Below, piece after piece: positions 1-12,718 of a stretch of 64,000 bases of DNA. The stretch covers positions 50,444-114,443 of the forward strand of contig NIVC01000973.1 of assembly GCA_002269645.1 (NCBI GenBank), written 5' to 3'. Source of the stretch: Macrostomum lignano (Eukaryota). The translations under genes were made by a program, and so were the position numbers. Position 1 is the stretch's first letter. Each line of letters begins with the position of its first letter. The notes below the pieces were generated by a model. That model had not been told where the DNA came from and did no database searches. It saw only the letters and a list, made by a program, of their open reading frames with translations.

Positions 1-251
1 AAAAAACCAGACAGCTCATGCGCGGGCTGTGAAAGATAGCCAAACAGGCAAATATCGATCACGGTTTGGGGCTGCCTCTGCTGCTCCAAGCAATTTTATT
101 TCCTAGGTTAACATGAGCCCAGCAAGCTGTGCCGCCTCATGCGTCACTTTTGATGCGGCGGCCACTGACCGAGGCTGGAGCTCAGGTCCGAAATGTTGGC
201 TTCATCTCAAATTGACTTTCCTGTAGCATTTGTTGGATAACTCACTGGTTT

Positions 252-778
252 CTCTCCGCCCCAACAGCCTCGACTCTCCACCCCAACAGCCCCGACTCTC
301 CACCCCAACAGCCCCGACTCCCCGCCCCAACAGCCCCGACTCTCCACCCCAACAGCCCCGACTCTCCACCCCAACAGCCCCGACTCTCCGCCCCAACAGC
401 CCCGACTCTCCGCCCCAACAACCCCGACTCTCTGCCCCAACAGCCCCGACTCTCCGCCCCAACAGCCCCGACTCTCCGCCCCAACAGCCCCGACTCTCCG
501 CCCCAACAGCCCCGACTCTCCGCCCCAACAGCCCCGACTCTCCGCCCCAACAGCCCCGACTCTCCACCCCAACAGCCCCGACTCTCCGCCCCAACAGCCC
601 CGACTCTCCGCCCCAACAACCCCGACTCCCCGCCCCAACAGCCCCGACTCTCCGCCCCGACTCTCCGCCCCAACAGCCCCGACTCTCCGCCCCAACAGCC
701 CCGACTCTCCGACCCAACGGCCCCGACTCTCCGCCCCAACTCTACGCCCCAACAGCCCCGACTCTCCGCCTTTCAGCC
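252..778. repeat. 22-bp minisatellite (CCCCAACAGCCCCGACTCTCCG)n, ~23 copies, in the GPCR intron
   Basis: Directly visible tandem units; explains ORFs 202..717, 207..752, 230..859 and 242..739. Confidence 0.95.
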
Positions 779-799
779 CCGCCCCGCAGCCTGACTCAC

Positions 800-1486
800 C
801 CGGCGCTGCGCCAGAGGCGTGGGCATGGCGGTCACCTGAGAAAACTTGCTCACAGCTGACGCAGCCGCCCGCCGACGTAGCCGCCGCCGTAGCGCCAGGT
901 AGATGCTGATGTACAGGCCGGCAATTACAGCCGCAGGCAGGTAGAAACTGCCAAGCGCGCTAAACACGATGTAGCCGCCATCGCCTGGCAGCTGGCAGAG
1001 CTGCTTCGTGTTGTTCTTCATCGTCCCGCCGCCAGTCCAGCTGAGCAGCGGGCCGAAGCTGATGGCTCCGCTCAGGCCGAATGCTGCCCCAATCATCATG
1101 AGCACAGTGCCGGTGGTTCTCTTATTAGCATACATAATGGGATACTTGATGGCGCAGTACCTGTCCACGGCAATGGCAGCGAGGTTGAGTATGCTGGCGG
1201 TGCAGAAGAAAATGTCGGACATAGTGAACACGGTGCACACGAATCTCGGCAGCAGCCAGACGTCATCGGTGAGGAAGGTTTTCACCTGGAGCGGCTGCAC
1301 CAGCAGACCGACGGCCATGTCGGCGCAGGCCAGGCTCACGATGAGAAAGTTCTGCGCCTGCCGCAGCGCCCTTGAGGTGAACACGGCCAGGATGACCAGG
1401 GTGTTGCCGATCACAGTCAGCAGGATGACGGCCAGCATCAAAGGCACCGCCAAGGCGCATTCTACTGCGCTGTGGGGCAGGGACAT
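800..1486 (-). CDS. Aminergic class A GPCR (tyramine/octopamine receptor-like), first coding exon, TM1-TM5 plus start of ICL3
   Basis: ORF 773..1486: TM1 GN (TVIGNTLV), TM2 QNFLIVSLACAD, TM3 Asp (SDIFFCTASILNL), DRY, YPIMYANKRT, TM5 FSALGSFYLP. Donor CGG|GTGAGT at 799; TTTCTAG acceptor 3 nt before the ATG. TM6-7 not found in the window. Confidence 0.9.
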
Positions 1487-2345
1487 TTCCTAGAAACAAT
1501 TTGGAGCTGCAGTGGGGGTGCTGGACTCTTCTCGGCTAACTTGAAGCTGCCTTCTTCCTAAGGGCGAGTAAAGGAATTTTAACTCGCCTCTGGCTTCCGC
1601 CCGGACAGGCCAATGGCAGGCCCTGCAGCCAGAGACGGTGGGGCGGACAGGGAACTACGCAGAAAATGAGGTTAAAAAAGAGAAAAGCGAGCCCGGGCGA
1701 AGGGCAGTGCAGGGGAGCGCAAAGGAAATAAGGAGAATACGAGATTAAGGAATTGGAGGATGTCGAGTTCAGCAAAGAATTTAACTGTTCTCCCGAGTTT
1801 CAAAGACCTATGGATAGGCGACTCAGGGAGCAGCTCGTGGCTTATAAATCCTTCATACCCGTAAACTTGTCTGGCCTCAATTGAACAATAGTGCACTCGA
1901 GTGCGAACTTATTAATTATAGATTCTATTTTTGTCTTCTCCACTGATGTGTTTCTGTCCATCGTCAGGCCAACAGGGCATTTCCTACGATTTTACAATAT
2001 CAGAGATTACTTAAATGCAGCTAGGACGGCGCAAGGGATTCGAGCCCAGGACCTAACTCCATGTCCCATGGTTAGAATTGGTCCAACCCAAGCTGATGAA
2101 TGACACCAGGCCAGCACCGATGCCAAGCATTTCATGCGATCCACTGCGGGCAGCAGGCGAGCGCCCTTCACGTCTTGCGGCGGTCGAGAAACTGATGGCC
2201 ACTTCTGTTTCTCTTTGTCAGCCGTTTAATGAATTGTCCGCCTGCCCGGCCTCTCGGTGGGTCTGGCGATTTGCAGTTTCCCGGCTCCAATCTCTCCCTG
2301 ACTCAGTTTTAGTCTTCCACAGGCACATCTAATCTCTCAATACCT

Positions 2346-3143
2346 GTCTCTCTATAACATCATCTAATCACCCCTATCTCAGATCCAGAGTCTCTCTAAA
2401 ACACATCTAATCACCCCTATCTCAGATCCAGAGTCTCTCTATAACACATCTAATCACCCCTATCTCAGATCCAGAGTCTCTCTAAAACACATCTAATCAC
2501 CCCTATCTCAGATCCAGAGTCTCTCTGTAACACATCTAATCACCCCTATCTCAGATCCAGTGTCTCTCTATAACACATCTAATCACCCCTATCTCAGATC
2601 TAGGGTCTCTCTATAACACATCTAATCACCCCTATCTCAGATCCAGTGTCTCTCTGTAACACATCTAATCACCCCTATCTCAGATCCAGTGTCTCTCTAA
2701 AACACATCTAATCACCCCTATCTCAGATCCAGAGTCTCTCTAAAACACATCTAATCACCCCTATCTCAGATCCAGAGTCTCTCTAAAACACATCTAATCA
2801 CCCCTATCTCAGATCCAGAGTCTCTCTAAAACACATCTAATCACCCCTATCTCAGATCCAGAGTCTCTCTAAAACACATCTAATCACCCCTATCTCAGAT
2901 CCAGAGTCTCTCTAAAACACATCTAATCACCCCTATCTCAGATCCAGAGTCTCTCTAAAACACATCTAATCACCCCTATCTCAGATCCAGAGTCTCTCTA
3001 AAACACATCTAATCACCCCTATCTCAGATCCAGAGTCTCTCTAAAACACATCTAATCACCCCTATCTCAGATCCAGAGTCTCTCTAAAACACATCTAATC
3101 ACCCCTATCTCAGATCCAGAGTCTCTCTAAAACACATCTAATC
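2346..3143. repeat. 43-bp minisatellite (AACACATCTAATCACCCCTATCTCAGATCCAGAGTCTCTCTAA)n, ~18 copies
   Basis: Directly visible; variants concentrated at the left end. Confidence 0.95.
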
Positions 3144-3711
3144 TTCTTAACTGTATCTTCAAGGATTTCTAGGCTGTTATTTTCAAACTCATTAATCTTT
3201 ACCACTACGCCACCAAAACCCCCCAGTGTCCGTAACAGTCTGCAAAGCTTGAAGATCCAATCATTGATGCATCACCAACAGCCAATAGCCGATCAACAGT
3301 GAATTTGTCAGCAAAAGCCGCCTGTTTGAAATCAGCTGACAGCAGTGCAATGCCCCTTGTCCGTGCGCAACCAGCGGTCAAGCCTGTCAAAGATGTCAAT
3401 GAAAATAGGCTGGACAATCCCGACTCCGCCATTCTTTTACTAATTTTTACGCAACACACTGGCTACTGATGTACCAGGGTCAAGGATCCTGTCCTAGCAA
3501 CAGCTTTTCAGGTGGTGATCGAGATCGCTTCGCTCTCCAACGCCCGAGACGCAGATATTGACGGACTAGCAATTGACAGGCAGCTGTAACCAGTATATAT
3601 TCTGGTGGATGCCGTATTGTACACACGATCACACAGGGTGTACAGGGGACCCTGAATTTCTAATCTTCAGGCATGTACACTCTCCGTGCCTTGAAGTTTG
3701 GCCCTTATAGG

Positions 3712-4142
3712 TAATCTAGCTAACATCACGGATGCAGGAATAGAATTGATTGCTAATCTCGCTAACATCACGGATGCAGGAATAGAAAGGATTGCTAATC
3801 TAGCCAACATCGCGGATGCAGGAATAGAAAGGATTGCTAATCTAGCCAACATCACGAATGCAGGAATAGAAAGGATTGCTAATCTAGCCAACATCACGGA
3901 TGCAGGAATAGAAAGGATTGCTAATCTAGCCAACATCACGGATGCAGGAATAGAAAGGATTGCTAATCTAGCCAACATCACGGATGCAGGAATAGAAAGG
4001 ATTGCTAATCTAGCCAACATCACGGATGCAGGAATAGAAAGGATTGCTAATCTAGCCAACATCACGGATGCAGGAATAGAAAGGATTGCTAATCTAGCCA
4101 ACATCACGGATGCAGGAATAGAAAGGACTGCTAATATAGTAA
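3712..4142. repeat. 42-bp minisatellite (GCTAATCTAGCCAACATCACGGATGCAGGAATAGAAAGGATT)n, ~10 copies
   Basis: Directly visible; the period of 3x14 explains ORFs 3698..4288 and 3667..4329. Confidence 0.95.
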
Positions 4143-5347
4143 TACTGCTAATCCAACCTGTGATATTAATGCAAGAATGGATCATTCTGCGGTCATTCAG
4201 CCGAACTGCCCGGACTTCCAGTTCCTTCAGCGGTGCACTCTTTGAACTTTTGCCACCGAGGGCTGTCACAGAGAGAAAGAGAAAATGAGCCAATCCGATT
4301 TCCGGCCCGGGTCGTAAGAGAACTGGCAAGGCGCGGAGAGAAATTCAAATTACTTCTCTTAGCTTTGCTCAGCCAAGGATGAGTGAGAGAGCAAGCCCTT
4401 GGCCCCGCCTCCTCAGTGTGTGCCGATGCGCACCAAGGAAAGATTATTCCAAATTTCCATTAGACTTGGAAGCACCCAAGGATTTACCCTGCGAAATTTT
4501 GCAGTGTTTGCTGAGCTGAGATTGGCCACTTGGCCTGGTCTGGAGAAATGAATTGTTTCTTTTAGTTTAGACTGGCTGTGCCAAAACCTCTGCGTGTAGG
4601 GGAAACATCAGTTAAGCGTTCAAATACTCGGTAGCTAGCAATTCCTGTCAAGAGTTTCTTCCACTGTTTTACAATTCTGTACTGCTCTGCAGCCAATCTT
4701 TTCCAGGTTTTCTTCGCCCCATCGTATGCAGCAGCCCGAAAAGGACGGACGGGGACCCCATCAGGTACTCGATCCGAGTCGCCATCATAAACTTGAAATA
4801 TCGCAAACCCAAGAAATCACAACTCCGAAAACCAAAATAGTGTTGGACGGACATCGCTAGAACTTTGGGAGTTATGGTATTTCGGGTTTGTGATATTTCG
4901 GGTTTATGATGGACGTTGCTAGCAGTTTCTGAGTTATTATATTTCGGGTTTATGATATTTCGGGTTTGTGATTTTTTGGGTTTGTGATCCCTTCCCCCTC
5001 GATCCTGGTGACGCCGTTAGTGGCGAGAAACTGGTCTCCACGTGGCATGGTCCTGTTGCTGGAGGTACTGATGCTGAGATCGAATAAAACGAGTTCGGAG
5101 TTGGCTGTAGACCGGGGGGCTAAGCCGAGTAGTTCGGGTGCTCTGGGGAAGCGGTCCAGCTCTTGGGTGCAGCTGAGTGGCGGCACGTCTCCAGCCGCCT
5201 TTGAATGGGCGCCTGTGGTCGTTATGAGCGCCGAGCTGCTGTCCGGTCCTGGATGATTCGATGTTTCTTGGCGGCTTCGGTTCCGGCCGTGCGCGGCTTG
5301 GCTTCGTGGCTGCGGTTTTTTAGGCGCGCGGTTCCGGTGTTGCGTCT

Positions 5348-5350
<3 letters not shown>

Positions 5351-5419
<69 letters not shown>
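5351..5419. repeat. (GT)n microsatellite
   Basis: Directly visible. Confidence 0.98.
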
Positions 5420-5423
<4 letters not shown>

Positions 5424-6250
5424 CACATCCTACTGCTGACTACATCCGTCATTGTCGGGCCCTCGCCCCAGTCAACTGAGAGACTGAGAGACTGAGAGAC
5501 TGCTGTTGAGGTCCTGCAGTCTGAGCAGCCCGTACTCCTCGCGCCGCTTCCACTTGGCAGGACAGTTGCTACTGCTGTTGTTGCCGTTGCTAATGTTGTG
5601 AGTTGATTGGAACCGAGAGCACTAAGACTACCAACCTCTCTAGTGCAAGACTACATTCTCTTTTCGATTGTCAGCATTGTTGGAGTCACCCACTGCACAA
5701 GACAGCCGGACACATCAGTATTAATTTGGCTCCTGCACGAACCTTGAGAGAAATTTTGGAATTCTGGCCTTATTGACAATGCTGTCATAGCGAAACACAT
5801 GCGCTCGCACTATCATTCTATAAATTCTGTAGATATTCAATTAAAAGAACCAGTCTCGTGCTACATAAGCTACTACTCTGTCAGTAGATACCGCGGCGTT
5901 TTTGAAACATTTTTTATCAATTTCGCTGTGAAATTGGGCTGATTACAGCTGAGCTCAAATATAGTGCAAAGCTATAGGCGCGCTGTTCGACCTCGAGATG
6001 ACATGAAACTAATAAAAAACTTTTTTGCACACAGTGCTTTTTATCAGTGAGTCTATTTTTGCCCGCAAACTTTTACCCAAGGGATTAAAAAAGAGATTTC
6101 TTAAATGAAGTCACATTTTTGATAATGACCTTAGTTCGTTTTGCAACTGGTGAACTCCGTACACTTCATTTAGCTCAGTTGTGCGTGTCTATTGAGAACA
6201 TTTTCTTCTTTACAAAACAGATGAATTCACATCATGTGTGTGAAGGTCGG

Positions 6251-6681
6251 GTGAGTGAGTGAGGGTGCAGTTCCGGTGTGAGTGAGTGAGGGTGCAGTTC
6301 CGGTGTGAGTGAGTGAGGGTGCAGTTCCGGTGTGAGTGAGTGAGGGTGCAGTTCCGGTGTGAGTGAGTGAAGGTGCAATTCCGGTGTGAGTGAGTGAGGG
6401 TGCAGTTCCGGTGTGAGTGAGTGAGGGTGCAGTTCCGGTGTGAGTGAGTGAGGGTGCAGTTCCGGTGTGAGTGAGTGAGGGTGCAGTTCCGGTGTGAGTG
6501 AGTGAGGGTGCAGTTCCGGTGTGAGTGAGTGAGGGTGCAGTTCCGGTGTGAGTGAGTGAGGGTGCAGTTCCGGTGTGAGTGAGTGAGGGTGCAGTTCCGG
6601 TGTGAGTGAGTGAGGGTGCAGTTCCGGTGTGAGTGAGTGAGGGTGCAGTTCCGGTGTGAGTGAGTGAGGGTGCAGTTCCGG
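6251..6681 (+). repeat. 27-bp minisatellite (GTGAGTGAGTGAGGGTGCAGTTCCGGT)n, ~16 copies
   Basis: Directly visible; reverse complement of the array at 7636-8379. Confidence 0.95.
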
Positions 6682-6717
6682 AAAAGAATAGCGACTATGA
6701 ATAGTAAAATATTTTTA

Positions 6718-8660
<1,943 letters not shown>

Positions 8661-9292
8661 TGACCAAGGCACTGGAATTAGGTTTTGTCACTCGAACTAT
8701 TTGCATACTATAATCCTCTTTCGCAGCCAGTAACCTTGATCGGTTTATTGTTGCACAGAATTCTCAAAGTCCGCTGCAAAATACATTCCTTTGGTTCTCA
8801 GTCATTCACCTTGCCTCAGTATCGGTTGAGACGAAAAGTGTTGGCAATCTAACGCAAAATTAGGCCTAATAAATCAAGATTTTCGGTATTCAAAATGGGA
8901 TTGAATTTCTGATGCACCCAGTACCTGGTATTCAACACCATTCCAGCTTAGGTGACTTCCTGCATTGATGTCAACACATTCAGTACTTACATTGAAGGAG
9001 AGAGACAGCCTCGAATAGAATGGGGCACGCGTGACGTTTTTTAGGCAATTTTTTGTTGTTTGAAAAATTTGGGAACTTTTCCTGGGCCAATCAGCGATCG
9101 AGGAGTTCGCAGCGCCTCCCCTAGCCTGCTCGCCCCCGCGCCGGCGCCATCTATAGTCACCGGCCAGCGGTACATAAACCGGAGCCGCAGCGGACCGCTG
9201 GGAGGAGGCACGCCAAGGTTGACCAGCGGCTTCTCTGACTGACTCCAAACTCTACAGCGCCTTTACCTGTTGCATTGACAAGCTGACAAAAT

Positions 9293-9607
9293 ATGCAGTC
9301 TCTGCTAGTTGCTATGCTGTTGCTGTGCTCCGCCGCTGCCGCTGCCGCTGCCGCCATTGTCGAGTCGACGCCGTCTGGCGATAACGCCGCTGCGGCCATG
9401 TGCCTGCCAGTGCAGCCAGGCGGCCGCCGGCCAGCGAGCCCCCGGCTGGCCGCCCTCTGCTCCCGCCTGATGCGCCAGCGCCGCTTCGAGCGGCCCTACC
9501 GCGGCTTCCTGCTGGCCTCGTCGCTGTCCTTCCAGCATCCCGGATACCACAGCCAGGAGCGGGCCAAGGGCGGCTTCGCCTCGGGCAGCCAGATGCGATA
9601 CGGATAG
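9293..9607 (+). CDS. Neuropeptide precursor (104 aa) for a C-terminally amidated -MRYamide peptide, NKY-like
   Basis: Hydrophobic signal peptide MQSLLVAMLLLCSAAAAA; dibasic RR followed by the 39-aa FERPY...GSQMRY; amide-donor Gly directly before the stop; GC-rich coding-like sequence; TATA-like TACATAAA at ~9171; AATAAA at 9787. Confidence 0.85.
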   Translation: MQSLLVAMLLLCSAAAAAAAAIVESTPSGDNAAAAMCLPVQPGGRRPASPRLAALCSRLMRQRRFERPYRGFLLASSLSFQHPGYHSQERAKGGFASGSQMRYG

Positions 9608-9658
9608 GCTGCTTGAGTCCCGGCTCGCGACTGACGGACTTTGCTGACTAACGACCTG

Positions 9659-9660
<2 letters not shown>

Positions 9661-9732
<72 letters not shown>

Positions 9733-9739
9733 CTCTCTC
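9661..9739. repeat. (CT)n microsatellite in the neuropeptide 3' UTR
   Basis: Directly visible. Confidence 0.97.
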
Positions 9740-9931
9740 GCAGCGGCCGAACCCTTGACCAAGCAAATATTCCTGGCAACAAAAACAATAAACCGATGCA
9801 AAAAACTGATTAGCATTGAGCGGCACAATCATTCGCAAAAGTGATGCACAGTTGGCTTTAAAAAATTTTCTACTTTTTTTTCTGCCTTGTGTATTTTTCT
9901 TACCATAAACAGCTAAAATCCGTGGGCTCTA

Positions 9932-10180
9932 CACTGACAGGTCGTGAAAATACAGTTCCGCTACGATTTCGAATTTAAAATTCAGAATTTGTGCTTTCTG
10001 AGCGGATTTCTTAGTGGGTTGCTATTTACACAGCGCTGGCTGGGGTTTGGCCATAGACAAATCCTTTCGAGAGAAAACACTGCACAGACAGGAGCAGCTG
10101 GAATTTCACCGCAACTTTGCTTGCTTGCCGGTCTCCGGCAGCAGTTCATGAAAAAAACAGCTTGATAAACTTGTGACTGC
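9932..10180. mobile_element. Dispersed non-autonomous DNA-transposon-like repeat, copy 1
   Basis: Shares GGGGTTTGGCCATAGACAAATCC and CCGCAACTTTGCTTGC..GGTCTCCGGCAGCAGTTCATGAAAAAA..CAGCTTG with 43757-43977; both copies start CACT(G/C)ACAGGT. Confidence 0.65.
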
Positions 10181-10762
10181 ATCTCTAACAAAACACCTGC
10201 TGGCTGCATTTGCAATTCTGCAATTCCAGAAAAGGAACTATTGGGAATTCAGTGCTAAAAAACTGAAATGCATTTCGCAGGAAAAATCGAAAGATTCCAG
10301 AAAAAATTGCACGAGTTGCGAGTGCAGCGACCTCATTTCGCTGCCATGGCTATTGCTTGTTTAGTAGTATAAAACAAGCTTGTTTGGAAGAAAAGTCAAG
10401 TCCCAGCTACTGTATGTTTGCATTTAATTGGTAGATTTTTGTCTTACATGTATAATTTTTATAAGGAACTTTTATTCGATACTCTACTAATAGTAGAAAT
10501 ATGTGGAAAATACGCTCGTACATGAACAATAAAAACAATGAAAATGTATTCAGTAATGTATACTAGTAACAACAATAGTTTATAGTTTATACGCTCGTAA
10601 TTAGTCACGAGTCACGACATATCGTTATCTACCAGACTGAAAACAAACGTCATAATAGTTGTATATGGCCTTCGCCTCTGACAATATTAACTATTTATTA
10701 ATTAAACGCTAAGAGAAGCACCTGTATTTAATTTAAATCCGATTCTGAAAAAACAAGCAAAA

Positions 10763-10810
<48 letters not shown>

Positions 10811-11011
10811 GCACTGAGGCAGACAGACAGACAGACAGACAGACGCACTGAGGCAGACAGACAGACAGACAGACAGACAGACACTAAGGCAGACAGACAG
10901 ACAGACAGACACTAAGGCAGACAGACAGACAGACAGACACTAAGGCAGACAGACAGACAGACAGACACTCACTAAGGCAGACAGACAGACAGACAGACAC
11001 TAAGACAGACT

Positions 11012-11079
<68 letters not shown>

Positions 11080-11090
11080 CTAAGGCAGGC

Positions 11091-11135
<45 letters not shown>

Positions 11136-11146
11136 CTAAGGCAGGC

Positions 11147-11178
<32 letters not shown>

Positions 11179-11179
11179 T

Positions 11180-11242
<63 letters not shown>

Positions 11243-11415
11243 GCACTGAGGCAGACAGACAGACAGACAGACAGACGCACTGAGGCAGACAGACAGACAG
11301 ACAGACAGACAGACACTAAGGCAGACAGACAGACAGACAGACACTAAGGCAGACAGACAGACAGACAGACACTCACTAAGGCAGACAGACAGACAGACAG
11401 ACACTAAGACAGACT

Positions 11416-11479
<64 letters not shown>

Positions 11480-11490
11480 CTAAGGCAGGC

Positions 11491-11535
<45 letters not shown>

Positions 11536-11579
11536 CTAAGGCAGGCAGGCAGACAGACAGACAGACAGACAGACAGACT

Positions 11580-11668
<89 letters not shown>

Positions 11669-11692
11669 CCAGACTGACAGACAGACAGACAG
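10763..11692. repeat. (AGAC)n compound microsatellite with ACTAAGGC interruptions and an internal ~400-bp duplication
   Basis: Directly visible; landmark ACTCACTAAGGC at ~10967 and ~11371. Confidence 0.95.
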
Positions 11693-12123
11693 TTCATGTC
11701 TTTTTCTATGCTAGTCAGCAGTGAATTCAGTAAATAATATCTTCAGGTTTCTACTATCGGTAGAGCGTAGGGATTTGTGAAATTAAATTTCTATTTGCGA
11801 TATTGGCTGACTACCTAATGTTAATGATATGGAATTTGTCAGCAAAATCTGTACGACGACGTCTTTGGATGGACTTGCTAATTACTTTGATTGCTTGTAG
11901 AGCGCTTGAACATCAGGCAAATGTGTTTTCACTTGCCTACTTGACATAATTAGCAATGACTAATTGAGTAGACTTGAGTAGTCCTTGCTAATTAGTCTAC
12001 GAGCAACGAGTTATTCTCTAAATCTCTAATTATGATATTACCACTGCCAGCTAATTCCTTCATGTGCATGTAATTTCTTCCAGATTTTCAAAAGGTACGC
12101 TTGCCTTGAATCAACTATTTGCA

Positions 12124-12362
12124 TACACCCAACACCCCTCACACCCAACACCCCTTACGCCCAACACCCCTCACACCCAACACCCCTCACGGCCAACACC
12201 CCTCACGCCCAACACCCCTCACACCCAACACCCCTCACGGCCAACACCCCTTACGCCCAACACCCCTCACGCCCAACACCCCTCACGGCCAACACCCCTC
12301 ACATCCAACACCCCTTACGCCCAACGCCCCTCACGTCCAACACCTCTCACACCCAGCACCCA
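12124..12362. repeat. 16-bp minisatellite (CCCAACACCCCTCACG)n
   Basis: Directly visible, next to the LTR insertion site. Confidence 0.9.
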
Positions 12363-12388
12363 AAACCCTTCAGGCTCAACCCCAACCG

Positions 12389-12663
12389 TGTTGAAATGAA
12401 CAAGTCATGAGCTGAGAGTATGCGAGACAAGACGAAAGTGCCAAGAGCACCGACAACCAACGATACGATTTATTATAAGCGAGGTTCAATAGTAGCCACC
12501 CCCACCCCAGGGCTAAAACACCAACAATGTACATTAAAATCACGATAGAGCAGAGACGTGCAAAGAGCGTAAGCCACGGACCATGAGTACACGCACAGAG
12601 TTAAGAACACAAACAATACACGGAGTAAAAGCGCACCCCAACCCCACGCACCAGGCCCAAACA
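12389..12663 (-). repeat. 3' LTR
   Basis: Differs from the 5' LTR by 4 substitutions and 1 indel counted by eye (~98% identity); AATAAA on the - strand at ~12470. Confidence 0.95.
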
Positions 12664-12718
12664 AAGACTGAAACCACAAGAACAAAATCAAAGAGTCAAG
12701 TACAGTCACAAAGAGTCA

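Noticed and set aside
3698-4288. ORF with IANLANITDAGIER repeats resembling a leucine-rich repeat (ITDAG)
   Set aside because: Units are near-identical at the DNA level with no synonymous variation, both strands are open, and a 14-aa period is too short for an LRR.
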